From positions 1 through 48,877 of the IMG/VR virus record IMGVR_UViG_3300042360_000387: a stretch of DNA of 48,877 nt. One strand, given 5' to 3'. A program made the translations under genes and the position numbers. The stretch's first letter is position 1, and the number at the start of each line of letters is the position of its first letter. Shown in pieces: positions 38,497 to 46,781 of the stretch. Source of the stretch: a virus (lineage: Duplodnaviria > Caudoviricetes). The notes under the pieces are model-generated. The model searched no databases. It saw only the letters and a program-made list of their open reading frames with translations, and was not told the DNA's origin.

Positions 38497-38725
38497 AAAA
38501 ACTCTTTAAAAGTCACTTTTTAAACCTTATAAATCAATAGGTTACAGCACCGAAATTTTCTGACCCTTATAGGGGTAGCTTAGTGAAATTTATAATTTGT
38601 AAAATGGATAAAAAGTTACTTAGAAATGTAGGTAAATCAAGGGGTTAGGAGCAAACCCATAATTTATTTTAATTTTATTGCATTTTTATGCTTTACACTT
38701 ATAAAATACTATGTTATCCTATAAG
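38497..38725 (+). repeat. long inverted repeat, right copy, ending in an early promoter
   Basis: See left copy; TTTACA-N17-TATCCT at 38692-38720. Confidence 0.95.
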
Positions 38726-38780
38726 TGTTGCTAGGGTGGTCTTAGTAACAAATTAACAATCACCTTAATTGTTAAAACAT

Positions 38781-38858
38781 ATGTCGTAACTCGTGATTGT
38801 TATAGTTAAACACAAACTTAAATATAACTTAACAATTACGAGTTACAAAACATGACAT
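38781..38858 (+). promoter_or_regulatory. long hairpin over the gene 3 initiation region with late promoter in the loop
   Basis: GTAACTCGTGATTGTTA (38786-38802) pairs with TAACAATTACGAGTTAC (38830-38846); TAAATA at 38819-38824. Confidence 0.7.
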
Positions 38859-39328
38859 TTAAAAATATACAACGCAATTTTAAACCTTCAAAGTTTTCTA
38901 TAGAAATTGCGAAATTCCCACAAATCAAATTTTTTGCAAAGCGAGTTGTTCTTCCAGAGATTTCTATGGGGACTTCGCAGCAACCAACACCAAATAGAGA
39001 TGTTCCTCTTGTTGGTGATAAGTTAAGTTTGGGAAGCCTTACAATAGATTTTTTACTACAAGAAGACCTTCAAGACTGGTTCAAAATAATTAGCTATATG
39101 GAAAGTATTATTTCATATAGAGGTGTCTTTGATAAAGATCCCTATACAGATATTTCTATAATTATGTATAGCACTAATGATAATCCTGTCGCAGAATTTA
39201 CTTGCAAGGGATGTTTCCCAGTTTCTATAACAAACCCAGAACTAGAAGCTGGAGCATCAAACGAAACAATTTTGTCTACCGTTTTTGAAATAACAGACTA
39301 TGAAGTAATACTATCGGAAATTCTATGA
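38852..39328 (+). CDS. gp3: tail completion / sheath stabiliser gp3-like
   Basis: F.I.KFP.I.FF....LPEISMG....TP..DVP..GDKL...L...FL..ED; precedes uvsY. Confidence 0.85.
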   Translation: MTFKNIQRNFKPSKFSIEIAKFPQIKFFAKRVVLPEISMGTSQQPTPNRDVPLVGDKLSLGSLTIDFLLQEDLQDWFKIISYMESIISYRGVFDKDPYTDISIIMYSTNDNPVAEFTCKGCFPVSITNPELEAGASNETILSTVFEITDYEVILSEIL

Positions 39329-39759
39329 AATTTGAAGATATTTTAAAACTCTGGGATGCTGATTGCTTTATAGATCCTTCAAACATTGCGCTTGAAACTC
39401 TTAAGACTCCGCAACTTCATTCTAAATACTACAATATTTTTATTCGTGAGAATCTACTTCTTGAAAAATTAAATACGAATCTTAAAGAAATTGTATTGAC
39501 AAGATGGAAATTTTATAATAAACTCGGTGATGATAGTGAATATAAAAATTACGAAGGGAATTTCTTTGAATTGAAACTATTGAAGTCTGAGAAAGATATG
39601 TTTTTTGAATGTGATAGTGAAATACTTACACATAAGGAAAAAATAGCTGCACAAAAAGAAAAAGTTGAATGTCTTAAAGAAATATTAAAACAAATTAATA
39701 ATAGAACTTTTCAAATCAAAAATTTTATTGATATGAAAAAAATTGAAAGTGGGATTTAA
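39325..39759 (+). CDS. uvsY: recombination mediator UvsY
   Basis: W..D..ID, PQLHSKY, INNRTFQIKN.ID..K..SG. Confidence 0.92.
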   Translation: MKFEDILKLWDADCFIDPSNIALETLKTPQLHSKYYNIFIRENLLLEKLNTNLKEIVLTRWKFYNKLGDDSEYKNYEGNFFELKLLKSEKDMFFECDSEILTHKEKIAAQKEKVECLKEILKQINNRTFQIKNFIDMKKIESGI

Positions 39760-39761
39760 TT

Positions 39762-39965
39762 ATGGAATGGATATTTGCTTTAATCATTGCTTTTGGATAT
39801 ATTATAGCAGGATATTACGGTTCTAAAAATTTAGAAAATATAGAAAATTGTGAACAAAAAGCAAAGTATATCTATAATATTAAAAATGAAGAAAATGTTA
39901 AGTATAGTTCTCAATTAGAACAATGTTTCGTTAAAATTGAGAATACATGGAAAAAGGTAAATTAG
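39762..39965 (+). CDS. small membrane-anchored protein
   Basis: N-terminal TM; C..K/CFVK pattern shared with next ORF. Confidence 0.6.
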   Translation: MEWIFALIIAFGYIIAGYYGSKNLENIENCEQKAKYIYNIKNEENVKYSSQLEQCFVKIENTWKKVN

Positions 39966-39966
39966 G

Positions 39967-40194
39967 ATGAGTTATAGAGTTAAAGAAAATATTACGCTTT
40001 TAATAATTCTTTTTGTATCAATAATTATTATCGTCTTTCCAGATAGTGATATAGATAAATCACAAGTAAAAAAGTGTCAATTATTTTCTAACATTATATA
40101 TAACATAACTGATAGCGATTCCATTACATATGATAAAAATAAAAGATGTTTTGTTAAATTAGGTGATAAATCTGTATTGATTTATAAGGAATAA
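39967..40194 (+). CDS. small membrane-anchored protein (paralog-like of previous)
   Basis: TM then C...IYNI......Y.....CFVK. Confidence 0.6.
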   Translation: MSYRVKENITLLIILFVSIIIIVFPDSDIDKSQVKKCQLFSNIIYNITDSDSITYDKNKRCFVKLGDKSVLIYKE

Positions 40195-40199
40195 TTCTG

Positions 40200-40967
40200 A
40201 TGCAAAGTTATGTCTTTATAGGTTCGGTTCCTGCTAAAATATACTATACAGATTTTAGGAAAGTTGGGAATGATTTAGACATCATTTGTAGAAATTATTC
40301 TGGTAATTCTAATTTTGTAGAAAAACATTGTCCTGACAGCATCAAAGGATTTCAATGGATATTAGAAAACTCTGAATCTTGGTGTGCATCACCTGATATT
40401 CTATATACTCTAAAGTTTTCACATGCGATATATAATATTCACTGGGATAAGACAATTCATGATATAAGATTTTTTCAAAGCAAAGGGTGTAAGTTGATTC
40501 CAGAACTTCTTGAAATTCTCAGAAAGGATTGGGAAATAAAGCATGGTGCTAAGAAACTTTCATTAAATATGAAGAGCAATGAATTCTTTAATGAATATGT
40601 TTATCGTAGATATCCTCATGACTTACTGCATAAATTTGTAGCGCATGAAGAAATTCCTATGTATCAGAAATGTTTGAAAGATGAACAAGAAATTCTTATA
40701 GATAAAGAAAAGTTTTTTAAATTATCTTATGAACAGCAAATAAATATGTTTCGAGAAGAAATTTATGTGCAAGCATTAGAAAGATATATCCTAGTAGATA
40801 AACCTCTCAATATCATAGTTGCCTACAATAGAGCCCTTAAAGATGTTGTTACTAGATTAACGAAAGGGTGGGCTAGTGATTTTATATTGACAAATATTGA
40901 AGAATATGTTACGTTTAATAAACAATTTACTAAAGGATTTGAAGAATGGATAAAGAACAACAATTAG
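40200..40967 (+). CDS. conserved phage protein, putative nucleotidyltransferase fold
   Basis: IGS...DLDI at N-terminus; LYTLK.SH...W.K...D; HD.LH; EE. Confidence 0.7.
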   Translation: MQSYVFIGSVPAKIYYTDFRKVGNDLDIICRNYSGNSNFVEKHCPDSIKGFQWILENSESWCASPDILYTLKFSHAIYNIHWDKTIHDIRFFQSKGCKLIPELLEILRKDWEIKHGAKKLSLNMKSNEFFNEYVYRRYPHDLLHKFVAHEEIPMYQKCLKDEQEILIDKEKFFKLSYEQQINMFREEIYVQALERYILVDKPLNIIVAYNRALKDVVTRLTKGWASDFILTNIEEYVTFNKQFTKGFEEWIKNNN

Positions 40968-41257
40968 CATTTATTAGTGAACATAAAGAAAATTTATTTG
41001 AATATCTTAATAGTGACGGATGGGAACATAAAGAATTTTTTAAAAATGTTATAGAAATAGTATTCCAAGATAGAACTTTTGATTCTGATGACTATGATGG
41101 ATATCAGATTGTTTTTAAATTTAAAGATGATAGTGAAGAAAATTTGTATATGATTGAGGGTAGCTATAGTTCTTATAGCGGGACAGATATGGATAACGAA
41201 ATTATTCCATGTAAATCACAAGAAAGAACTATTATTGAATATGTTAGGTTGCCATAA
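40946..41257 (+). CDS. small acidic hypothetical protein
   Basis: GSYSSYSGTD motif; overlaps upstream ORF. Confidence 0.7.
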   Translation: MDKEQQLAFISEHKENLFEYLNSDGWEHKEFFKNVIEIVFQDRTFDSDDYDGYQIVFKFKDDSEENLYMIEGSYSSYSGTDMDNEIIPCKSQERTIIEYVRLP

Positions 41258-41850
41258 TGAAAACTCTTTTAGAAAAATATAATCGTCAACTTAAAGAATG
41301 TCTAAAGTTCTGTCAAAATCCTGATATAGGAAATATTAGATATATGGATAGTGATTTTTATAGGGATTTATCAGAACTATCAAAGAATATCACCAATATC
41401 TTAGAAATTCCAGAAGATGAATTAACAGTTACGATAACTCCAGATGATGTATTGTTAAAATACAATGGAAAAGAATACTTTGATGATGATATGGCGATAG
41501 CTTATCTAATAGCAAGGGAAGATATTATGATTGGAGGGTTTTTAAAACCAGTTACTCCACAAGATGATAATCTTTATCGTATATATGTGTTGTGTAATGA
41601 TACTTTCAGGTATAGCTGCGCAGATTCTGAAGAACTTCCTCATAATGAAATAAGAAATCTATTTGATATGGTAGTAAAGGATCCAATATGGGGATCTACA
41701 AAATGGTGTATTCTTAGAAGAAAAGAAATGCCTATTTCTAGAAGATTAGAACAAATGAAAAACGATAATGCTTGGGATTTAGATGAAAGTATTCTTGAAG
41801 AAAATTCATGGACTAAAATGTGGAAAGAAAAATCAAATAAAAATGCTTGA
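41257..41850 (+). CDS. hypothetical protein
   Basis: CNDTF.YSCADSE motif; translationally coupled. Confidence 0.7.
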   Translation: MKTLLEKYNRQLKECLKFCQNPDIGNIRYMDSDFYRDLSELSKNITNILEIPEDELTVTITPDDVLLKYNGKEYFDDDMAIAYLIAREDIMIGGFLKPVTPQDDNLYRIYVLCNDTFRYSCADSEELPHNEIRNLFDMVVKDPIWGSTKWCILRRKEMPISRRLEQMKNDNAWDLDESILEENSWTKMWKEKSNKNA

Positions 41851-41927
41851 CAAACAAAATGATTAGTGTTATATTGATTATATAAAGCGATAGGTAAAGC
41901 ACTTTATAAATTTTAGGAGTTTATATT
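41847..41927 (+). promoter_or_regulatory. early promoter + stem-loop + SD cassette
   Basis: TTGACA-N17-TATATT, TATAAAG/CTTTATA stem 41881-41908, AGGAG. Confidence 0.75.
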
Positions 41928-42035
41928 ATGTCTAAAGAAGAACCAGAAACATCATTAGCTTATAGAATTAATAATTTAATTATGATTGTAGATTTAGAAA
42001 CAAATATAATGACAACAGTTATAAGGAAAAAGTAA
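41928..42035 (+). CDS. 35-aa peptide (not in ORF track)
   Basis: Strong AGGAG SD; stop abuts RNA ligase start. Confidence 0.5.
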   Translation: MSKEEPETSLAYRINNLIMIVDLETNIMTTVIRKK

Positions 42036-43133
42036 ATGAGAAAATTAGCAACAGTAAGAAAAATTAGTGATTTGACACCAATTCCAGGAGCAGATTTTAT
42101 TGAAGTCGCTACTGTAGATGGTTGGAAAGTTGTCGTGAAAAAAGGTGAATATCAAGTAGGAGATTTGACAATTTATGCGGAAATTGATTCCTGGATCCCA
42201 CACTCAATAGCACCCTTTCTAACAAAAGAAGGACATGTTCCAAAAGTTTATAATGGCGTAGAAGGTCAACGATTAAAAACTGTTAAATTGAAAGGACAAA
42301 TTTCCCAAGGTCTTCTACTTCCTATAGATGTTATTCCTAAAAAAGATAAAATTACTCTTGGAATCGGTGATGATGTTTCAGAACTATTTGGGGTCCAAAA
42401 GTGGGAACCTCCTTTTGAAAAGTTACAAGGTAATGCTAAGGGAAATTTCCCAACTTTTATTCCTAAGACAGAACAGGAAAGAGTCCAGAATATTCCAAAT
42501 GTTATTGAGTATATAAAACAAGATACTTGGGAAATTACAGAAAAAATCCATGGGCAATCTATAACAGTTTTCTATAAAGATGGTCAAGTTGGTGTATGTT
42601 CACGAAACCTAGAACTTAAAGAAACAATTAAGAAACGTATTCCTAAAAAATTAAATAACTTTCAAAAGTTGATTGATATTGTTCTTTCTAAATTTAAAGA
42701 TACTAACAAGTATGAATATAGCAAAGATTCGCTATGGGAAGCAGCAGAAAGATGTTTCTTAATTGAAGCTCTAAAGTTTAGGAAATTCAATATTGCAATA
42801 CAAGGTGAATTATTTGGGACAGGTATCCAAAGTCAAACTTATGGGAAATCTAAACCAGTAATTGCTGTCTATGACATTTGGGATATTGACAGACAAGAAT
42901 ACTATAATAATGAAGCGAGAATTAAATTTTGTAGGCAGGTGGGCTTGTTCCATATCCCAGTTTTAAATATTGCTACAGATAAAGTTGAGAAATTAGATGA
43001 CTTGCTTAAACTCTCGGAAGGTAAATCTCAAATTGATAATTCAGAAAGAGAAGGAATTGTATTTAAGAGTTTGACAGATCCATCAAAATCGTTTAAAGTG
43101 ATTTCTAACAAATGGCTTTTAAATGAAAAATAA
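42036..43133 (+). CDS. RNA ligase, DRB0094/Rnl2-like family
   Basis: RKLATVR.I..L.PI.GAD.IE, TEKIHG, QGEL.G, REGIVFK, SFKVISN. Confidence 0.93.
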   Translation: MRKLATVRKISDLTPIPGADFIEVATVDGWKVVVKKGEYQVGDLTIYAEIDSWIPHSIAPFLTKEGHVPKVYNGVEGQRLKTVKLKGQISQGLLLPIDVIPKKDKITLGIGDDVSELFGVQKWEPPFEKLQGNAKGNFPTFIPKTEQERVQNIPNVIEYIKQDTWEITEKIHGQSITVFYKDGQVGVCSRNLELKETIKKRIPKKLNNFQKLIDIVLSKFKDTNKYEYSKDSLWEAAERCFLIEALKFRKFNIAIQGELFGTGIQSQTYGKSKPVIAVYDIWDIDRQEYYNNEARIKFCRQVGLFHIPVLNIATDKVEKLDDLLKLSEGKSQIDNSEREGIVFKSLTDPSKSFKVISNKWLLNEK

Positions 43134-43136
43134 TCA

Positions 43137-43165
43137 TTGACAAGTGATTAAATTGATGTTATATT
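43137..43165 (+). promoter_or_regulatory. early promoter
   Basis: TTGACA-N17-TATATT with TG extension. Confidence 0.7.
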
Positions 43166-43184
43166 GTGTTATTAGGTAAATAAA

Positions 43185-43364
43185 ATGAAAGATTATACGA
43201 TAATCAAATGTATTGATAGAAATTTGACTGTAGAAATAGTCAATCAGCATTTAGAAAAAGGATATGTTTGTATAGGAGGTCCGTTTATAGATACTGTATT
43301 CTATCAAGGCGAATCGTTCAAATATCTATGTCAAGCAATAGCAATTTTAGAAAAAAACGAATAA
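43185..43364 (+). CDS. DUF1737-like small protein (59 aa, not in ORF track)
   Basis: Y.II.......VN..LEKGY..IGGP...QA pattern. Confidence 0.65.
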   Translation: MKDYTIIKCIDRNLTVEIVNQHLEKGYVCIGGPFIDTVFYQGESFKYLCQAIAILEKNE

Positions 43365-43471
43365 TATTATACGACAGGGACTTTTAAGGATATATTGAGT
43401 TCTAATTAAATGTCAAAGCATCAAAATTTTATTTCAACAATATTTGTTTAATAATAAAGAAAGGATATACT

Positions 43472-43720
43472 ATGGGAATCAATATTACACAAACAATTTT
43501 ACAGAAAATAAGAGATAAAGCAAAGTTAAAGAAAAATGGAGTATATTCTACAGATGGAATTACTTTTGCTGTAAAGAACAACCATACAATAGCTTGTTAT
43601 AATGGAAGTAATTACTCTTCTGGGATTGTATATAGTATTCAAGGTCATTTCATAGTTGCGATTTCTGATTTAATTTCTAAAACAGTTGCTATAAAAGAAT
43701 TGAAAAAACTAGCTAAATGA
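43472..43720 (+). CDS. hypothetical protein
   Basis: AAGGA SD, 82 aa. Confidence 0.65.
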   Translation: MGINITQTILQKIRDKAKLKKNGVYSTDGITFAVKNNHTIACYNGSNYSSGIVYSIQGHFIVAISDLISKTVAIKELKKLAK

Positions 43721-43806
43721 AAAATCAGTTTTAAAGAAATACTTATACGATATTTAATTATTTTTACTATTCCATTATTAATATTAATTTATAAGAGTTA
43801 ATTAAC

Positions 43807-44220
43807 ATGAAACTTAGAGATAAAAAAATCTTACCCATAGTTAAAAAATTATCAAAAAATAATAAAGTTTATATATCATCGTTAATAACAATTTCATTAA
43901 TTCCTTTAATGTTTATTAAATCGCCATCTGATAATATAGTTAAAAAACTAGAAACTTATGACATTATAAAGTATAATAGCGGGGAATATGCTATTATTTC
44001 AAATGCTTATAATTCTATAGGTGAATACTTTACATTTTCTAAAGAAGGGGAATTTAATATGTGTTCGTTTCCTGATAATTTTACAGAAAAAAATGAAAGG
44101 ATAAATAAATGCTTGATGACTTTAGAACAAGCAAAAGAACTTCGCACTAAATTAATAGAAACAGAAAATAAACGAGTTGAATTTATAAAGTCTTATAACA
44201 TTGAAAAAATTGTTGATTAA
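43807..44220 (+). CDS. hypothetical membrane-anchored protein
   Basis: One hydrophobic segment near the N-terminus. Confidence 0.6.
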   Translation: MKLRDKKILPIVKKLSKNNKVYISSLITISLIPLMFIKSPSDNIVKKLETYDIIKYNSGEYAIISNAYNSIGEYFTFSKEGEFNMCSFPDNFTEKNERINKCLMTLEQAKELRTKLIETENKRVEFIKSYNIEKIVD

Positions 44221-44228
44221 ATATAACT

Positions 44229-44513
44229 ATGCAAGTATCTAATTTAACAAGTATATGCTCAGGACATAATGGATGGCCTCCTAGGAATGTTGTTTCTGGA
44301 AGCACAGATGTTTTTATAGAAAACTCTGGAGCTGTTAGAATAGGAGATTTTTGGGAGGTTCATTGCAAACCAGACGAAGGTTGTCATGGCGGAACTTCTA
44401 TAACTGGTTCTCCGACAGTTTTTGTTAATGATTTATCACTATGTAGAGTTGGTGATTATATAGATTGTGGTTCAACAATACTAACAGGCAATTTAACAGT
44501 TTTTGCGGATTAA
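44229..44513 (+). CDS. PAAR-repeat spike tip protein (gp5.4-like)
   Basis: CSGH..WPP, GS..VF.....AVRIGD....H, CRVGD...CGS....G..TVF. Confidence 0.92.
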   Translation: MQVSNLTSICSGHNGWPPRNVVSGSTDVFIENSGAVRIGDFWEVHCKPDEGCHGGTSITGSPTVFVNDLSLCRVGDYIDCGSTILTGNLTVFAD

Positions 44514-44704
44514 TTACGAAATGTATGGAGAGAAATAATTATGCACGATATAAATTATATACAGAATAGAAACAGATGAAGAATATTTGAAGCGAACTGA
44601 TAGATTAAAATTTTATGAAGAACAAAAAATTAAAAAGCAAAAGCAAAAAGAAGAAAAGCAATATCAAAAATATTTAGAACTTAAACAGAAATTTGAGAGT
44701 GTAA

Positions 44705-45442
44705 ATGGTAATACCTAATCCCGTATCTTCTGATGAATTTGATAGACAATTCTTTTTTGACCAAAAAACTAAGGATATCTACGGATTAATCAATACACAA
44801 CAAGCATTTGTTAATCCAGTTGCTCCATCTATAAATTTATTCACTGGTGGTTTGACAAGTATATTAACACAATTTACAAGATGGGAAACATTTGTAGATC
44901 CTACTCCTCCGGGATTTATTTTAACTGATTTTACAGCTTTTAAAACTAATATTAACACTAATTTAATCCCTGCTAATAATAACTTTGCACTACACACTAA
45001 TAGATTATCTGGTGTTACTGATAGCACAGCATCTAATGTCCCTAATCTTAGAAGCATCATGTCTGTAGGAGTTTCTTCACTAGCATTAGAACAACAGTTG
45101 AATAATCAAATAGGAAATCCATGCGGAAAACTTCTTACTGCATTTGGAAGTTTGTTTCTTGGCCCAGATCTATATAATGAGTTAATATCATATTACAATA
45201 CTATCCTAGCATTAATAAAAGCTGGAGATATTCTTCCAGCACAAATTACAGGCGATATTAATTCTCAAGTAAATCAAATCAATTCATTGATTTCTAACGA
45301 TGGAGCATATTTTGATAGTCTTGTTAATGACTTATTAAGAGCATCTCTTGCACAATCATTAGGAAGTTTTATGTATGACCCTTGTGGTAGATTCTTACTC
45401 GAAGATGTTATTTCTTCAGATAAACTAAGAGAGATTCTATGA
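44705..45442 (+). CDS. hypothetical protein, possibly virion-associated
   Basis: 245 aa, low Lys, Asn/Ser/Thr-rich like the structural genes. Confidence 0.7.
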   Translation: MVIPNPVSSDEFDRQFFFDQKTKDIYGLINTQQAFVNPVAPSINLFTGGLTSILTQFTRWETFVDPTPPGFILTDFTAFKTNINTNLIPANNNFALHTNRLSGVTDSTASNVPNLRSIMSVGVSSLALEQQLNNQIGNPCGKLLTAFGSLFLGPDLYNELISYYNTILALIKAGDILPAQITGDINSQVNQINSLISNDGAYFDSLVNDLLRASLAQSLGSFMYDPCGRFLLEDVISSDKLREIL

Positions 45443-45690
45443 TAATTAAAGGTTTAAAATATTATTTTTTACCAGTAACAGAAAAAGAGCTTAATAGATT
45501 AAGAAATGTTTCTGTTAACTCCACACAATCAATAGGAAGTTATTTATCCAAGCAAGGAATTTATCCAGGAAAGTATGGTGATTATCAAGACTATATTGAA
45601 GAAAAAGAAAAGGTGATAATAAGTTCTTTTAAATATAAAATTAGGAAATATATTAAGGATAAAATATTTAAATATGAAAATTTACAATGA
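45439..45690 (+). CDS. hypothetical protein
   Basis: ATGA overlap with upstream ORF. Confidence 0.55.
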   Translation: MIIKGLKYYFLPVTEKELNRLRNVSVNSTQSIGSYLSKQGIYPGKYGDYQDYIEEKEKVIISSFKYKIRKYIKDKIFKYENLQ

Positions 45691-46417
45691 TGATTGCTTT
45701 AATATATTTCCAGAAATTCCTGATAGTTCTGTAGATTTTGTTCTATGCGACCCTCCATTTGGTGTGACCTCACTAGAATGGGATAATGTTTTAAATTTTG
45801 AAAAACTTTGGGAATCGCTTAATAGAATAGTTCGTGAAGATGGTGCTATTGCTCTTTTTGCAACACAGCCATTTATGACAGATTTAATAGTTTCTAATAG
45901 AGCTAACTATAGATACGAATGGATATGGATGAAGAATGTTCCTACAGGAATGGCTTCCCAATCATATGCTCCAATGAAGTATCATGAGTATATTCTAATA
46001 TTCTATAGAAAAAAACCCTATGTCTTTAATAAACAAATGATTGCACGAGAAGGAAAGGGTAAAGATTGTTACAAATACGAACACTATTGTGGAGATAGCA
46101 ATCACGTTAAAATGAATAAGGTTAAGAAATTCTACGATCCATCTTTTGTAAATCCAGGAAACATTCTTCTATTTAATACAGTCCCGAATAGAAAAGGAAA
46201 ATTACACCCTACCGAAAAACCAGTAGGGTTATTAGAATATTTTATCAAAACATATACAAATGAAGGCGATACAGTTTTAGACTTCACAATGGGTTCTGGT
46301 AGCACTGGTGAAGCATGTAAAAATTTGAATAGAAATTTTATTGGTATTGAATTAGATAAAAAATACTTTGACAAAGCAGAAAAAAGATTATATAATAACT
46401 TATTGTTTTATAGTTAA
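45674..46417 (+). CDS. N4C/N6A DNA methyltransferase (beta class)
   Basis: CDPPFG, HPTEKP, VLDFTMGSGSTG. Confidence 0.94.
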   Translation: MKIYNDDCFNIFPEIPDSSVDFVLCDPPFGVTSLEWDNVLNFEKLWESLNRIVREDGAIALFATQPFMTDLIVSNRANYRYEWIWMKNVPTGMASQSYAPMKYHEYILIFYRKKPYVFNKQMIAREGKGKDCYKYEHYCGDSNHVKMNKVKKFYDPSFVNPGNILLFNTVPNRKGKLHPTEKPVGLLEYFIKTYTNEGDTVLDFTMGSGSTGEACKNLNRNFIGIELDKKYFDKAEKRLYNNLLFYS

Positions 46418-46434
46418 AAGGAATTATTAAAGAT

Positions 46435-46620
46435 ATGAATAATAAAAAAGATTCATATGTTATTGTTGATACTAAATTAAAAAAAATTATTAGTAAAGAA
46501 TATACATACGAAAATAGATGGAAATGCTTTGATAAAGCAGATGCTATGGATTTAAAAGAAAAAGCATGTATATATAAAGCCATGACACCAGCACACGCAA
46601 AAATATATATTAAAAATTAA
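46435..46620 (+). CDS. hypothetical protein
   Basis: AAGGA upstream, 61 aa. Confidence 0.5.
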   Translation: MNNKKDSYVIVDTKLKKIISKEYTYENRWKCFDKADAMDLKEKACIYKAMTPAHAKIYIKN

Positions 46621-46634
46621 CTTAAGGATACAGA

Positions 46635-46769
46635 ATGTTTATAATTTACTCACCAATATTTTTTCAAACTCCTGATTTAAATTTTCTAAATACAGTTAGT
46701 AACAATGCAGTTGATTTCTATAAGAACTTTTTTAGTTCTATGATGTTCCCATTTGTTAAAACTAACTAG
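46635..46769 (+). CDS. 44-aa peptide (not in ORF track)
   Basis: AAGGA SD; fills the gap before the dioxygenase. Confidence 0.45.
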   Translation: MFIIYSPIFFQTPDLNFLNTVSNNAVDFYKNFFSSMMFPFVKTN

Positions 46770-46781
46770 GAAAGAGTTAAA

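Noticed and set aside
38460-38516. N-terminal extension of UvsW in the ORF track
   Set aside because: The GTG start lies within the non-coding repeat; ATG 38459 fits the expected N-terminus and a late promoter.
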